Assembly (NCBI RefSeq): GCF_006345805.1
Contig: NC_042997.1
Span: 41,478,001-41,542,000 of the forward strand
DNA length: 64,000 nucleotides
DNA from: Octopus sinensis
Taxonomy: Eukaryota
Direction of reading: 5' to 3'
Under the pieces are notes generated by a model. It did not search any database. It saw only the letters and a list, made by a program, of their open reading frames with translations, and was not told the origin of the DNA. Position 1 is the first letter of the stretch; every line of letters starts with the position of its first letter. The position numbers and the translations under genes were made by a program. Below are positions 13,291 through 26,583 of the stretch, in pieces.

Positions 13291-13419
13291 TCGGTGATTT
13301 CATGTTTGGCAACAAGATTTTGTCCTTGCTGTAGCAAGCCAATTTGGCATATCAGCCTGACCTTCCATACTCCTTTTGAACTTACATATCAATTGGTTTC
13401 TTTAAAATGTCAGCTTCTT

Positions 13420-15830
13420 GTACCAATATCGATTATTGCTAGACGAATCATAAGATTCATACAGCATAACAGGTATGTTAATGAAACAATCCAAAAAGCA
13501 GGAATCCCTGGGTGCATAGGACACGCATTTGCCATCTGGGAAACCATCACCTATGCAAAACAACTGAAGAAAAACCTATACATTGTTTGGCCAGATCTTG
13601 CCAATGCACATGGATCTGATCCGCACGCAATAATAAAAACAGTGATGGACTTCTTTTGGATTCTAAAAGATGTTCAACGAATACTCATGTCGTACTACGA
13701 CAACCTGAGGATGAGATTTACAGCAGGAAAGTTCACAACGGAGTGGCAACGGCTTGAAATAGGTATTGCAGCTGGATGCCCAATATCAGCCATCTTATTC
13801 GTGCTAGTCATGGAAATGTTACTTAGATCTACAAACTGTGAGAAAGCTGTTACAAAGACACCATTAAGGGCTTTTATGGACGACGTTACTGTATTATTGG
13901 AAAGTAGAGAAGAGCAGTTGGACGAACTGATAGGATGGGCATGGATGAAATTCAAAGCCAAAAACTCTTGAAGCCTGGCTTTCATGAAAGGAAGGCAAGA
14001 AGAAGTGAAATTCAGGATGGGAGGTGAAGACATACCAATGGTGAAAGAACAACCAGTAAAGAGTCTTGGCAGATGGTATAGAGATTTCTTGAATAAGAAG
14101 GAGGGGAAAGAAATACACGAGTTAGTAGAACAAGGTTTAAAGGCAATTGACAGGACAACGCTGCCAGGCAAATTCAAATGTTGGATACTGCAATTTGGTC
14201 TGTACCCAAGGATAATGTGGCCATTGCAAATGTATGAAATAGCCTCGAGTAGAGTAGAAAGGATGGAACAAAGATGCAGTGTGTTTATCAGAAAATGGCT
14301 TGGTCTCCCAAAGGCAGGAAAGGCAAGGACAGTAATGATGCTAAGGTATTCAAAAGATCAGAGCATCCAGGAAAACCCTCCAAAGGTACGAACAGGGAGG
14401 AAATGGCAGGTGGAAGATGCTGATTGGAAAACTAAGGCACGCAGATATAGTCGGAGTGACATAAGAAGCAAGAGCCCGCCTAGGGTCGCACAATTTCAGG
14501 CCATTCTGCAAGAGCAGTATAAAAGAGATGAAAGAGGCAGTGGTATACGAAGTGAGAAAGGAGGAAGAAGAAAGGCGAAATGTACATTTGGTGCAATGTA
14601 GTCAACAGGGACAGTGCCTGAGATGGGAGGAATATGTGATCAGCCGCAGAATATCATGGAAGGAACTTTGGGCTTGGAAACAAGCAACAACATCCTTCCT
14701 GATCAAGTCTATCTTTGACGTTCTACCCTCTCCGGCGAACTTAGTCCAGTGGAACGTAAAAACAATCGATGAGTGTAGATGCAGAGAGAAAGCGATGTTT
14801 AGACATGTTTTGTCAAACTGCAGACTAGCACTAGAAAGATATACATGGCGTCATAATCAAGTCCTCGGCGTCATAAGTGCAGCACTCAAGGAGAAGATCG
14901 AGGGATACAATAGGGGAGAGTACCCAAAAGTGGAAAAGCGCAGGAAAGTATACTTCCAGGAGGGAAAAAGGATATAAAACCAGGCCTACAAGTAAAATGT
15001 ATGAGATAGATGAAAGATGGAAGGGATACTGGGAGGTGGCCACAAATTTAGAAAGACTAGTAATATTTTCACACATAAAAATGACAAAAAAGACCAGATT
15101 TAGTCCTATGGGACAGAGAATGGAGAATAGGAATTGTGCTAGAACTGACAGTGCCATGGGAAGAGAACATCGGCAATGGAAGGAGAAGAGGTACGAAAAA
15201 CTAATCGAAGAATGCAGAGAACAGGGATGGAATGTCGAGTATTACCACCTGGCAGTGGAGGCTAGAGGCTTCATTGAAAGGAAAATGACAACGCTATTCA
15301 AAAGAAGATTTGTTTTTTCTAGCTCCGAGCTGCAAACACTAATAAGGAGAGTACAGGAGGCGGTCGAAAAAGCCAGCTTCTATATATGGCTAAAGCGGAA
15401 AGACCGATAATGGCTTGAAAGTCATAATATACCAGCAGGAAATAACATCACTAGGTGAGACAGGCTGACACTAAATTAGCTTCGCTGATTGACAGGTGAC
15501 GGTCTCATTTAGATAAAGCATGGGCTAAGACTACGCGCCCTCCATTGGTCAGTTAAAGTTGAGACAGTGTCACATGACAACTTGCTGGGACTGCATACTG
15601 GAGCCTAGCAGCAGGTATTTAAAGGGAAATTTGACAAGACAGGCAGTCGCCTGCTGATACTCGTTGATGCTACATCGAAGAGGCCAGGGAACAGAAGAAA
15701 GAAGACATGCACCCAACACCAGAGCTAAAGACACCTCTGAAAGGGGGGGGGGGATGTCATGTCAAAATGGTAGAGGAGAAGGGGCCGAAACCGGACGTGG
15801 TTCTTCCTGATGATGTCTTGAGCTAACTGG
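13420..15830 (+). mobile_element. 5'-truncated Hero-like non-LTR retrotransposon (RT, zinc knuckle, restriction-like endonuclease, 3' UTR), degenerate
   Basis: QKAGIPGC, WPDLANAHGS, GIAAGCPIS, RAFMDD, LPGKFKCWILQFGLYPRIMWPL, HVLSNC, YTWRHNQVL, RPDLVLW...LELTVPWEE; several frameshifts. Confidence 0.85.
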
Positions 15831-16029
15831 ATCCTATAAAGGAGCTGTTGTGGTAGCAGACCACGAAACACAGTTGAAATTCCTCCTGTTAGGTCCCTTC
15901 CAGTTCTACGGTTTACCTACTGCTATAGCGAAGGCTTCTGCATCAATTTTGTATGTTTTACTGTTAGTGTTGCTACAGTGTTCTCTCTCAATTGCATTTA
16001 ACCATGATGTATGTATGTGTAGGTATATC

Positions 16030-16190
16030 ATCATCTTCATCATCATTTAGCATCCGTTTTCCATGCTAGCATGGGTTCGATGGTTCAAATGGGGTCTGTG
16101 AAGCCAGAAGGCTGCATCAGGCCCAGTCTGATCTGGCAGTGTTTCTACGGCAGGATGCCCTTCCTAACGCCAACCACTCCGCGAGTGTAT
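16030..16190 (-). mobile_element. RTE 3' tail fragment
   Basis: catcatcatttagcatccgttttccatgctagcatggg...cttcctaacgccaaccactcc. Confidence 0.7.
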
Positions 16191-16197
16191 ATATATA

Positions 16198-16232
<35 letters not shown>

Positions 16233-17039
16233 CTTGTATGTATGTATGTATATGTAAGTGTATGTGTGTGCGTGCGTGTGTATACACATACACTGAAGGT
16301 TTTTGAGAAAAAACATGCCAACTAATGGCCACCATTAGAGAACACCAAGTATAGCGAGGGGAGTGTCAAAAATGAAAGTGAAATCTTCTCTAACCTACAT
16401 TCGACTTCATTTCCTATAAAAAAAACTATTTCAGTTTTTTCTTGTTTTGAAAAGTTTTCTTTATGTCGTGTGTTGTAAATGACAATAATAAACTTTTGTC
16501 ACAAAGTTTTCTTGCAAAATAAATTTTTCTGGGAAAAACATTGATGTCATACAAAGTTACTGTTAAACCAATCAACAGCTTAAAAACGATTAAATATAGA
16601 TTCAAGTTTCAGTTTTACTCAGAGTTGTTACGAGGTAAGTTTTCGTTTTACATCTTCCTAATTTAATTTCTTTAATCCCGTCTCGCCATTGCTTTACAAA
16701 TACTTCACATAATCGCTTTCAATGCTTTTCCTTTACATTATTACTACACAAATTCGTCTTCTCATCTGAATTGTTTAGCTCGTATTTCTAATAATGTAGG
16801 TGTTTCGTAACACACCAGTCACATTTACTGGCAATTGTAATTCTCTTTTTTGGTGAAACAGCAAACTGCTCTTAATATATATATATATGTATACCGAATT
16901 TAGAAATAGCAGTCAAAGGGTTATAGCTATTTCTTCTACTAAAAAGGGAGATCTCAGTAAAAACAGCATTTGGAAGGCAGACACAAACAGGTAAGAGAGA
17001 ATGAATTGACTGCAATCTATCATACATTTTTTTAGTTAT

Positions 17040-17151
17040 CCACGGACGTACGTTTCGAAATCAAGTTTTAAGGAAAGCATAAGAACTAAATATTAAATAT
17101 TAAATAATAAATAATTCTATCTTACCGAAACTTCTTTTCTCTTCAGCGTAG
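17040..17151 (-). ncRNA. Type I hammerhead ribozyme motif (complete core)
   Basis: Minus strand: CTACG CTGAAGA GAAA...(long loop II)...TTTC GAAA CGTACG TC CGTGG. Confidence 0.75.
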
Positions 17152-17646
17152 AATACTATAATCATAAATGATTATATATTGAATTTTGAGATACCAGAAG
17201 GCACCAACTCCACTCAGTATCAGAGCGAGCTAGAATCCTCAACTGGTATCACCGAATTCAATTTGTGAATGAAACGATTGTGTCAACAGCCCCTTCCCAC
17301 CCGCGTGTAGCCAAAACAAGATGCTGTGGTCATCCACTGAGATAAAATATGGTTATCCGTAATAATGAAGGGTGAAATTAATTAATTTGGAAAAATTATC
17401 AATTACACCAAGTAGTCTTCGGCATGTAAAAGCCTCATTCGAGGAAAATTTTAAGTAATACTAAGCAATAAGGGTTTAGCAACGAGTTGCCTTACCACAT
17501 ACCGAATTTAGAAATAGCAGTCAAAGGGTTATAGCTATTTCTTCTACTAAAAGGGAGATCTCAGTAAAAACAGCATTTGGAAGGCAGACACAAACAGGTA
17601 AGAGAGAATGAATTGACTGCAATCTATCATACATTTTTTTAGTTAT

Positions 17647-17757
17647 CCACGACGTACGTTTCGAAATCAAGTTTTAAGGAAAGCATAAGAACTAAATATT
17701 AAATATTAAATAATAAATAATTCTATCTTACCGAAACTTCTTTTCTCTTCAGCGTAG
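17647..17757 (-). ncRNA. Hammerhead motif, second copy, 1-nt deletion at the cleavage site/stem I
   Basis: Same as 17040-17151 but plus strand reads ccacgacgtacg instead of ccacggacgtacg. Confidence 0.6.
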
Positions 17758-18177
17758 AATACTATAATCATAAATGATTATATATTGAATTTTGAGATAC
17801 CAGAAGGCACCAACTCCACTCAGTATCAGAGCGAGCTAGAATCCTCAACTGGTATCACCCTTATTGCTTAGTATTACTTAAATTTTCCTCGAATGAGGCT
17901 TTTACATGCCGAAGACTACTTGGTGTAATTGATAATTTTTCCAAATTAATTAATTTCACCCTTCATTATTACGGATAACCATATTTTATCTCAGTGGATG
18001 ACCACAGCATCTTGTTTTGGCTACACGCGGGTGGGAAGGGGCTGTTGACACAATCGTTTCATTCACAAATTGAATTCGGTGATACCAGTTGAGGATTCTA
18101 GCTCGCTCTGATACTGAGTGGAGTTGGTGCCTTCTGGTATCTCAAATTCATATATAATCATTTATGATTATAGTATT

Positions 18178-18289
18178 CTACGCTGAAGAGAAAAGAAGTT
18201 TCGGTAAGATAGAATTATTTATTATTTAATATTTAATATTTAGTTCTTATGCTTTCCTTAAAACTTGATTTCGAAACGTACGTCCGTGG
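18178..18289 (+). ncRNA. Type I hammerhead ribozyme motif (complete core), inverted copy
   Basis: Stem I CTACG 18178-82 / CGTGG 18285-89; CTGAAGA 18183-89; stem II GAAA/TTTC; GAAA 18273-76; palindromic stem III ACGTACGT; GUC triplet, cleavage after 18284. Confidence 0.75.
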
Positions 18290-18579
18290 ATAACTAAAAA
18301 AATGTATGATAGATTGCAGTCAATTCATTCTCTCTTACCTGTTTGTGTCTGCCTTCCAAATGCTGTTTTACTGAGATCTCCCTTTTTAGTAGAAGAAATA
18401 GCTATAACCCTTTGACTGCTATTTCTAAATTCGGTATGTGGTAAGGCAACTCGTTGCTAAACCCTTATTGCTTAGTATTACTTAATTTTCCTCGAATGAG
18501 GCTTTTACATGCCGAAGACTACTTGGTGTAATTGATAATTTTTCCAAATTAATTAATTTCACCCTTCATTATATATATG

Positions 18580-18644
<65 letters not shown>

Positions 18645-19109
18645 TAAGTATAGGAAAGAATGGACCTGAATGAAGATTTAACAATTTTCCTTTATTTTAT
18701 TTTCGAAGTCTGCAAAGTCCCTAATTCCGATTGAATAAGGAGTCCATTTTGCTGCTTTCTCTTCAGGAAAATCCAGATAATAAGATAATTCATTTATCTA
18801 CTTCAATAATATATATATATATATATATATATCCAAGTGAAATTTTCTACAAAATACCTTTTAGATGGTGTACGTTATGATTAACTCAGAATTTAAGGCA
18901 AAAAAATCGGTAGTCTCGCACACATACGTACTGACATATTCATGTATTATATGTATGTATGTATGTATCTATCTATCTATGTATGTGTCTGTGTGTATGT
19001 ATGTGTGTGTGTGTGTATATATACATACATATATATATGTATATATATATATGTATGTGTATGTATATATATATATATATGTATGTGTATGTATATATAT
19101 ATATATATA

Positions 19110-19505
19110 TCGTAAAGCAAATAAAAGGGCTAGCAGCAGGCTGCTTTGCCTCACACCGAAGGAATTAGAAATGGCAGTCAAAGACTGTTTTGTCCATTTT
19201 CTGTAAGTGGAGATTCCAAAAACGAAGGCCTGTGCGGCTCACATACACAAAACCGGAGTAGCAAATAGACGCAAACAGTCACTTACCGTTAATAACGAAT
19301 ATGTTTCTGGATCACAAACTTGGGAAAGTAGTTTGATTTCCTTCTTCGGCGCTACATTCGATAGATTTACCAAATGCCACAGGCCCTCACTTCTGACCCA
19401 GCGACATCAGATAGTGGGGGGAAGTGTGCAGATGTTAAAACTAAGTAATGACTGGGAACGTAAATTTTCCCTCCAAAATTCTGCCATGCGCGCCTTGTAG
19501 GTAAT
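19110..19505 (-). mobile_element. Penelope-LTR-like fragment between (TA)n tracts, with a decayed hammerhead motif
   Basis: ccgaaggaattagaaatggcagtcaaag resembles the 607-bp unit start; CCGAAGA...GAAAC on the minus strand at 19293-19354. Confidence 0.45.
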
Positions 19506-19509
19506 CGTA

Positions 19510-20769
<1,260 letters not shown>

Positions 20770-20770
<1 letters not shown>

Positions 20771-21740
20771 GTTAGGAAGGGCATAGACGTTGGAAGGGCA
20801 TCCAGCTGTAGAAACCCTGCCAGATCTGACTGGCCTGGTGCAGCCTTCGGGCTCCCCAGACCCCAGTTGAACCGTCCAACCCATGCTAGCATGGGTTGGA
20901 GGGTTTAACTGGGGTCTGTGAAGCCGGAAGTCTTCATCAGGCCCAGTCAGATTTGGCAGTGTTTCTACGGCTGGATGCCCTTCCAACGCCAACCACTCCG
21001 CGAGTGTAGTGGGTGTTTTTTACGTGCCACCTGCACAGGTGCCAGACAGAGCTGGCAAACGGCCACGAACGGACGGTGCTTTTACGTGTCACCGGCACGG
21101 GGGCCAGCCAGGGCCGGCAACGAACACGAGCGGATGGTGCTTTTACATGCCACCGACACGGGGCCAGACAGAGCTGGCAAACGGCAACGAGCGGACGGTG
21201 CTTTTACGTGTCACCGGCACGGGAGCCAGCCGAGGCTGGCAACGAACACGAACGGATGGTGCTTTTACGTGCCACTGACACGGGGCCAGACAGAGCTGGC
21301 AAACGGCCACGAGCGAATGGTGCTTTTACGTATCACCGACACGGGTAACAGACGAGGCTGACAGCGGACACGGATATATGATTTGATTTTGATTGTTCTC
21401 ACTGGTCTTGCCGGGTCTTCTCACGCACAGCATACTTCCACAGGTCTCGGTCCTTTGTCATTTCCTTGGTGAGACCTAGAGTTCGAAGGTCATGCTTCAC
21501 CACCTCGACCCAGGTTTTCCTGGGTTTACCTCTTCCACAGGTCCCCTCACCTGCCAGGGTGTGGCACTTCTTCACACACCTATCTTCGTCCATTCTCGCC
21601 ACATGACCATCCCAGCGCAATCGTCTCTCTTGCACACAACATCTGATGCCTCTTAGGTCCAACTTTTCTCTCAAGGTACTTACTCTCTGTCGACTATGAC
21701 ACTGACATTACACATCCAACGGAGCCATAATAGCTTCATT
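20770..21740 (-). mobile_element. RTE LINE 3' part (ORF2 C-terminus and VNTR-containing 3' UTR, 20888-21740) fused to an inverted 3' UTR copy (20770-20887)
   Basis: Peptide RLRWDGHVARMDEDRCVKKC...GRGKPRKTW...DRDLW; 24-bp palindrome at 20876-20899. Confidence 0.85.
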
Positions 21741-22830
21741 TCTTGCGAGCTTACGTAATCCTCAGCAGTCACAGCCCAAGTTTCACTACATGTGCATGGC
21801 TGTACGTACACATGCATAGAGTCTGCCTTTACTTTGAGCGAGAGGCCTTTTGGCCCAGTAGGGGTAAGAGCTCTCTAAACTTTGCCCAGGCTTATTCTTA
21901 CTCTAGCAGTTACACTTTCAGCACACACATATACATATATATATATATATATTATTATATATATATAATATATATATATATATACATATTAGAAGAAATG
22001 AGGTAATCAGAAGATCGGATGGTTCATATTTATAGATATTTATATATATTACAGTTTTTACATATATATATCATATCATTCAGATCATATCATTCAGATT
22101 ATTAGCGCTTTCTCCCATTCTAATGGGGTTTTCAAATCAAATTAATTCCTTTGTGGGGAATTTGATCATTTTATAGAGTTTCATAGTAGTGGGGAGGAAC
22201 AAGACAGTATAAGAGGGTGAGGTGGGTGAGGAGGAAGTGAGAGAGAGAACATGTGTGTATGTGTATGTGCGTGTGTGTGTGTGTGCGTTTGTATCTGAGG
22301 CTAAAGAGAAAGAGGGAGAGGGAAGAAGAAGAAGAAGAAGAAGAAGAAGAAGAAGGATTTCCTTTGGCCTGCTGGACCCCCTAGGGAGTTCTAAGAATTT
22401 TAGCTCTGTGTCCATTCTGGTGTCACTGAGTGTGTGTTGGTGGGTAGGCTGGCCAGAAATTACATGTTTTATGATTTTGAGGATGGACAAATGTCATTTG
22501 GGGTCATACTTTGTATGATCATTTTGTGGAGGTGTGTGTGTGTGTGTGTCTCTGTGTGTCTGTGTGTGTTTGTGTGCGTGTGTCTCTGTTTGTTTGGAGA
22601 AGGGGAGAGAGACAAAAGGAGAAAAATGAAAAAAAAAAACATATAAAAATAAAAATAAAAAATAAAAAATAAATAAAAATAAGGTAGGTAATGGAGAAGA
22701 AAAAAAAAAAATTTTTGTGTGTTGATATTTATACCACTACATATATATACACACAGACTTATACATAAAATATTTGGAAAAAAACCTTTTATCGGTTCAA
22801 AATGAACAACCAAATTTCACCATCTTGAAG

Positions 22831-22879
<49 letters not shown>

Positions 22880-22911
22880 CATACATATATATTACATACA
22901 TACATATATAC

Positions 22912-22942
<31 letters not shown>

Positions 22943-23179
22943 ATATATATTATATATATATATATATATATTACGTATATATATGTACATATATATATAT
23001 GTACATATATATATATATGTACATAATATATATATGTACATATAATATCTATATACGTACATATAATATTGTTTTTATATATATATATACGTACAGCATA
23101 TTGTTTTTTTCTGCCCATTGGATAACAGCCAGTAGATCTGACTGAAGGCATGTCCGGTCACTCGCCTCATATATATATA

Positions 23180-23845
23180 TACAAGAGAGAAGGAGACACT
23201 GATGGTCCTATGGAAAACATTCGTCCTCAGCCGCTTGGACTACTGCTCCCAACTTTGGTCACCACACAATATAAAACAAACAGCAGAACTCGAAGCAACT
23301 CAGAGAAGCTACACAAAGAAAATCGTCTCAATGCAAAATGTCAGCTACTGGGAAAGACTGAAGGTATTAAACCTCTACTCCCTGGAGCGGAGGCGGGAGA
23401 GATATGCAGTGATATACATCTGGAAAATCCTGGAGGGTCTTGTCCCAAACTTTGGCATTCAAAGTTACTCCAACCGCAGAAGGGGCGCCGCTGCGTGGTG
23501 CCAAGGATTCCAACATCACCATCAAAATACAGGTCCAGATACTGCAACAGCTTGGGTTTCAGAGGACCACAGCTCTTTAACATCCTCCCTAAATGCCTGA
23601 GAGACTTACATGGTGTGGATGTGGGTTTCTTTAAAACTAAGCTGGATCTCTTCTTGTTGGGAGTCCCAGATGAACCTACCTCACGACAGGAGACCGGATG
23701 CGGGCAGCAGCATCGAACTCCCTTGTTGATCAAGTGCCACGTATCAGAGGTGATTCACAAACTAGTGTAGCTCATTCAGCGGTGGTGCCCCAGCATGGCC
23801 GTGGCTTCGGGCTAAAACATTTTTAAGGATTTAAGGATATATATT
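23180..23845 (+). mobile_element. CR1-like LINE 3' fragment with TTAAGGAT tail
   Basis: LWKTFVLSRLDYCSQLWSP, LNLYSLERRRERY, LGFRGPQLFNILP; ends tttttaaggatttaaggat. Confidence 0.85.
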
Positions 23846-24019
23846 ATATATATATATGTACATATATATATATATGTACATATATATATATATATATGTA
23901 CATATATATATATATGTACATATATATATATATGTACATATATATATATATGTACATATATATATATGTACATATATATATATATGTACTTATATATATA
24001 TATGTACATATATATATAT

Positions 24020-24937
24020 AACTTAGAATAACTTAGAAAGGTTTTGGCCACTATTGGCCCAGGCCATGTCTAACTTAATAGCACCACCTGGTGAAGTCTT
24101 TCAGTTCAGGATTTGGGCACCAAGGCCCATTCGAGCAGAGAGTTATTGTTTGCGGAGACATATCCGGGTGTGGGTGGTTTGTCCGGTACTGTTTGAAGGA
24201 ATTTGTCCAAAGACTTCTTGAATTTTGTGTGGTCAGTTTCTTTTTTGACGTGCCCTGGTGTAATGTTGAAGAGAGCAGGTCCAATTGAGGTGAAATAGTT
24301 GTGCCGTATTGTCGTTATGTGATGCGATTTAGATTTTTGTTGTGGACGGATGGCACGTGGTCCAAGCTTTGGATGCATTTTGAAGGTGATGCCAACATCA
24401 TTCGGACAGTGCTGGTGGAATATTTTCCACATCATACAGATAATGTATCATTCACGGCGTCGTTGGAGTGAATACAATTTCAGCTTCTCTAGTCTACCCC
24501 AGTAGTCAAGGTCTGACATGCCATCTATCTTTTTTGTGATTGACCTTTGGGGAGCTTCAATTCTCATAATATTTTGTTTTGTGTAGGGAGACCACAGTGG
24601 ACAGCAGTATTCAAGGTGGGGTCGGGCAAAAGTGGAGAAGAGAAGGATAATAGCGTGGGAATCTCTCGACTGGAAGGTTCTGAGAATCCAGGAACACATT
24701 CTGCGGGCCATGTCAACCTTGCTGCTTATTTGTGTAGCCCAGCTTATGTTGTTGTCCACTGTTACTCCCAGGTCTCTGATGTTGTTGGATGCCATGAGAA
24801 TTTCTCCAGAAGGGAGAGAGTATGGGAGTTTCAGAGCGTCCTCCCTTCCAAAGTGGATCAGTTCAAATTTGTCTTCATTTAGCAACATGTTATTCTTTTC
24901 CGCCCATTGGACAACAGCCAGTAGGTCTGACTGAAGG
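24020..24937 (-). mobile_element. CR1-like LINE 3' fragment (second family)
   Basis: LQSDL...[47 protein letters not shown]. Confidence 0.85.
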
Positions 24938-24949
24938 TTTATACATATA

Positions 24950-25142
24950 TATATATAAATCCTTAAAATCCTTAAAAATGTTTTAGCCCGAAGGCCGCGG
25001 CCATGCTGGGGCACCACCGTTGAATGAGCTACACTAGTTTGTGAATCCACCTCTGATACGTGGCACTTGATCAACAAGGGAGTTCGATGCTGCTGCCCGC
25101 ATCCGTGTCTCCTGTCGTGAGGTAGATTCATCTGGGACTCCC
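24950..25142 (-). mobile_element. CR1-like 3' end, same family as 23180-23845, opposite strand
   Basis: Reverse complement of 23660-23845 with several substitutions and indels. Confidence 0.8.
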
Positions 25143-25162
25143 ACATGAACCTAGTAGAGAAC

Positions 25163-25588
25163 CTGGTAGAGGAGAAGGGGCCGAAACCGGACGTGGTTCT
25201 TCCTGATGATGTCTTGAGCTAACTGGATCCTATAAAGGAGCTGTTGTGGTAGCAGACCACGAAACACAGTTGAAATTCCTCCTGTTAGGTCCATTCCAGT
25301 TCTACGGTTTACCTACTGCTATAGCGAAGGTTTCTGCATCAATTTTGTATGTTTTACTGTTAGTGTTGCTACAATGTTCTCTCTCAATTGCATTTAACCA
25401 TGATGTATGTATGTGTAGGTATATCATCATCTTCATCATCATTTAGCGTCCGTTTTCCATGCTAGCATGGGTTGGATGGTTCAACTGGGGTCTGTGAAGC
25501 CAGAAGGCTGCATCAGGCCCAGTCTGATCTGGCAGTGTTTCTACGGCTGGATGCCCTTCCTAACGCCAACCACTCCGCGAGTGATATA

Positions 25589-25643
<55 letters not shown>

Positions 25644-26543
25644 ATGTATGCATGTATGTGTAAGTGTATGTGCGTGTGTATACACATACACTGAAGGTTT
25701 TTGAGAAAAAACATGCCAACTAATGGCCACCATTAGAGATACTGGATACTGGGAGGTGGCCACAAATTTAGAAAGACTAGTAATATTTTCACACATAAAA
25801 ATGACAAAAAAGACCAGATTTAGTCCTATGGGACAGAGAATGGAGAATAGGAATTGTGCTAGAACTGACAGTGCCATGGGAAGAGAACATCGGCAATGCA
25901 GAGGAATGGAAGGAGAAGAGGTACAAAAAACTAATCGAACAATGCAGAGAACAGGGATGGAATGTCGAGTATTACCACCTGGCAGTGGGGGCTAGAGGCT
26001 TCATTGAAAGGAAAATGACAACGCTATTCAAAAGAAGATTTGTTTTTTCTAGCTCCGAGCTGCAAACACTAATAAGGAGAGTACAGGAGGCGGTCGAAAA
26101 AGCCAGCTTCTATATATGGCTAAAGCGGAAAGACCGAAAATGGCTTGAAAGTCATAATATACCAGCAGGAAATAACATCACTAGGTGAGACAGGCTGACA
26201 CTGATTAGCTTCGCTGATTGACATGTGACGGTCTCATTTAGATAAAGCATGGGCTAAGACTACGCGCCCTCCTTGGTCAGTTAAAGTTGAGACAGTGTCA
26301 CATGACAACTTGCTGGGACTGCATACTGGAGCCTAGCAGCAGGTATTTAAAGGGAAATTTGACAAGACAGGCAGTCGCCTGCTGATACTCGTTGATGCTA
26401 CATCGAAGAGGCCAGGGAACAGAAGAAAGAAGACATGCACCCAACACCAGAGCTAAAGACACCTCTGAAAGGGGGGGGGATGTCACGTCAAAATGGTAGA
26501 GGAGAAGGGGCTGAAACCCTTCCTAACGCCAACCACTCCGCGA

Positions 26544-26583
<40 letters not shown>

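Larger units (their letters stand above)
16891..18572. repeat. Non-coding ~607-608-bp unit: 1.6 tandem copies (16891-17859) followed by 1.2 inverted copies (17857-18572); Penelope-LTR/retrozyme-like
   Basis: ataccgaatttagaaatagc at 16891 and 17499; the reverse complement of the unit starts at the ACC junction 17857-17859; flanked by (TA)n; contains hammerhead cores. Confidence 0.9.

Noticed and set aside
17887-17925. Second hammerhead in the 607-bp unit (CGAATGA GGC...GCC GAAG)
   Set aside because: Stem II pairs, but both core boxes deviate in all copies and no convincing stem I/III or NUH triplet was found.
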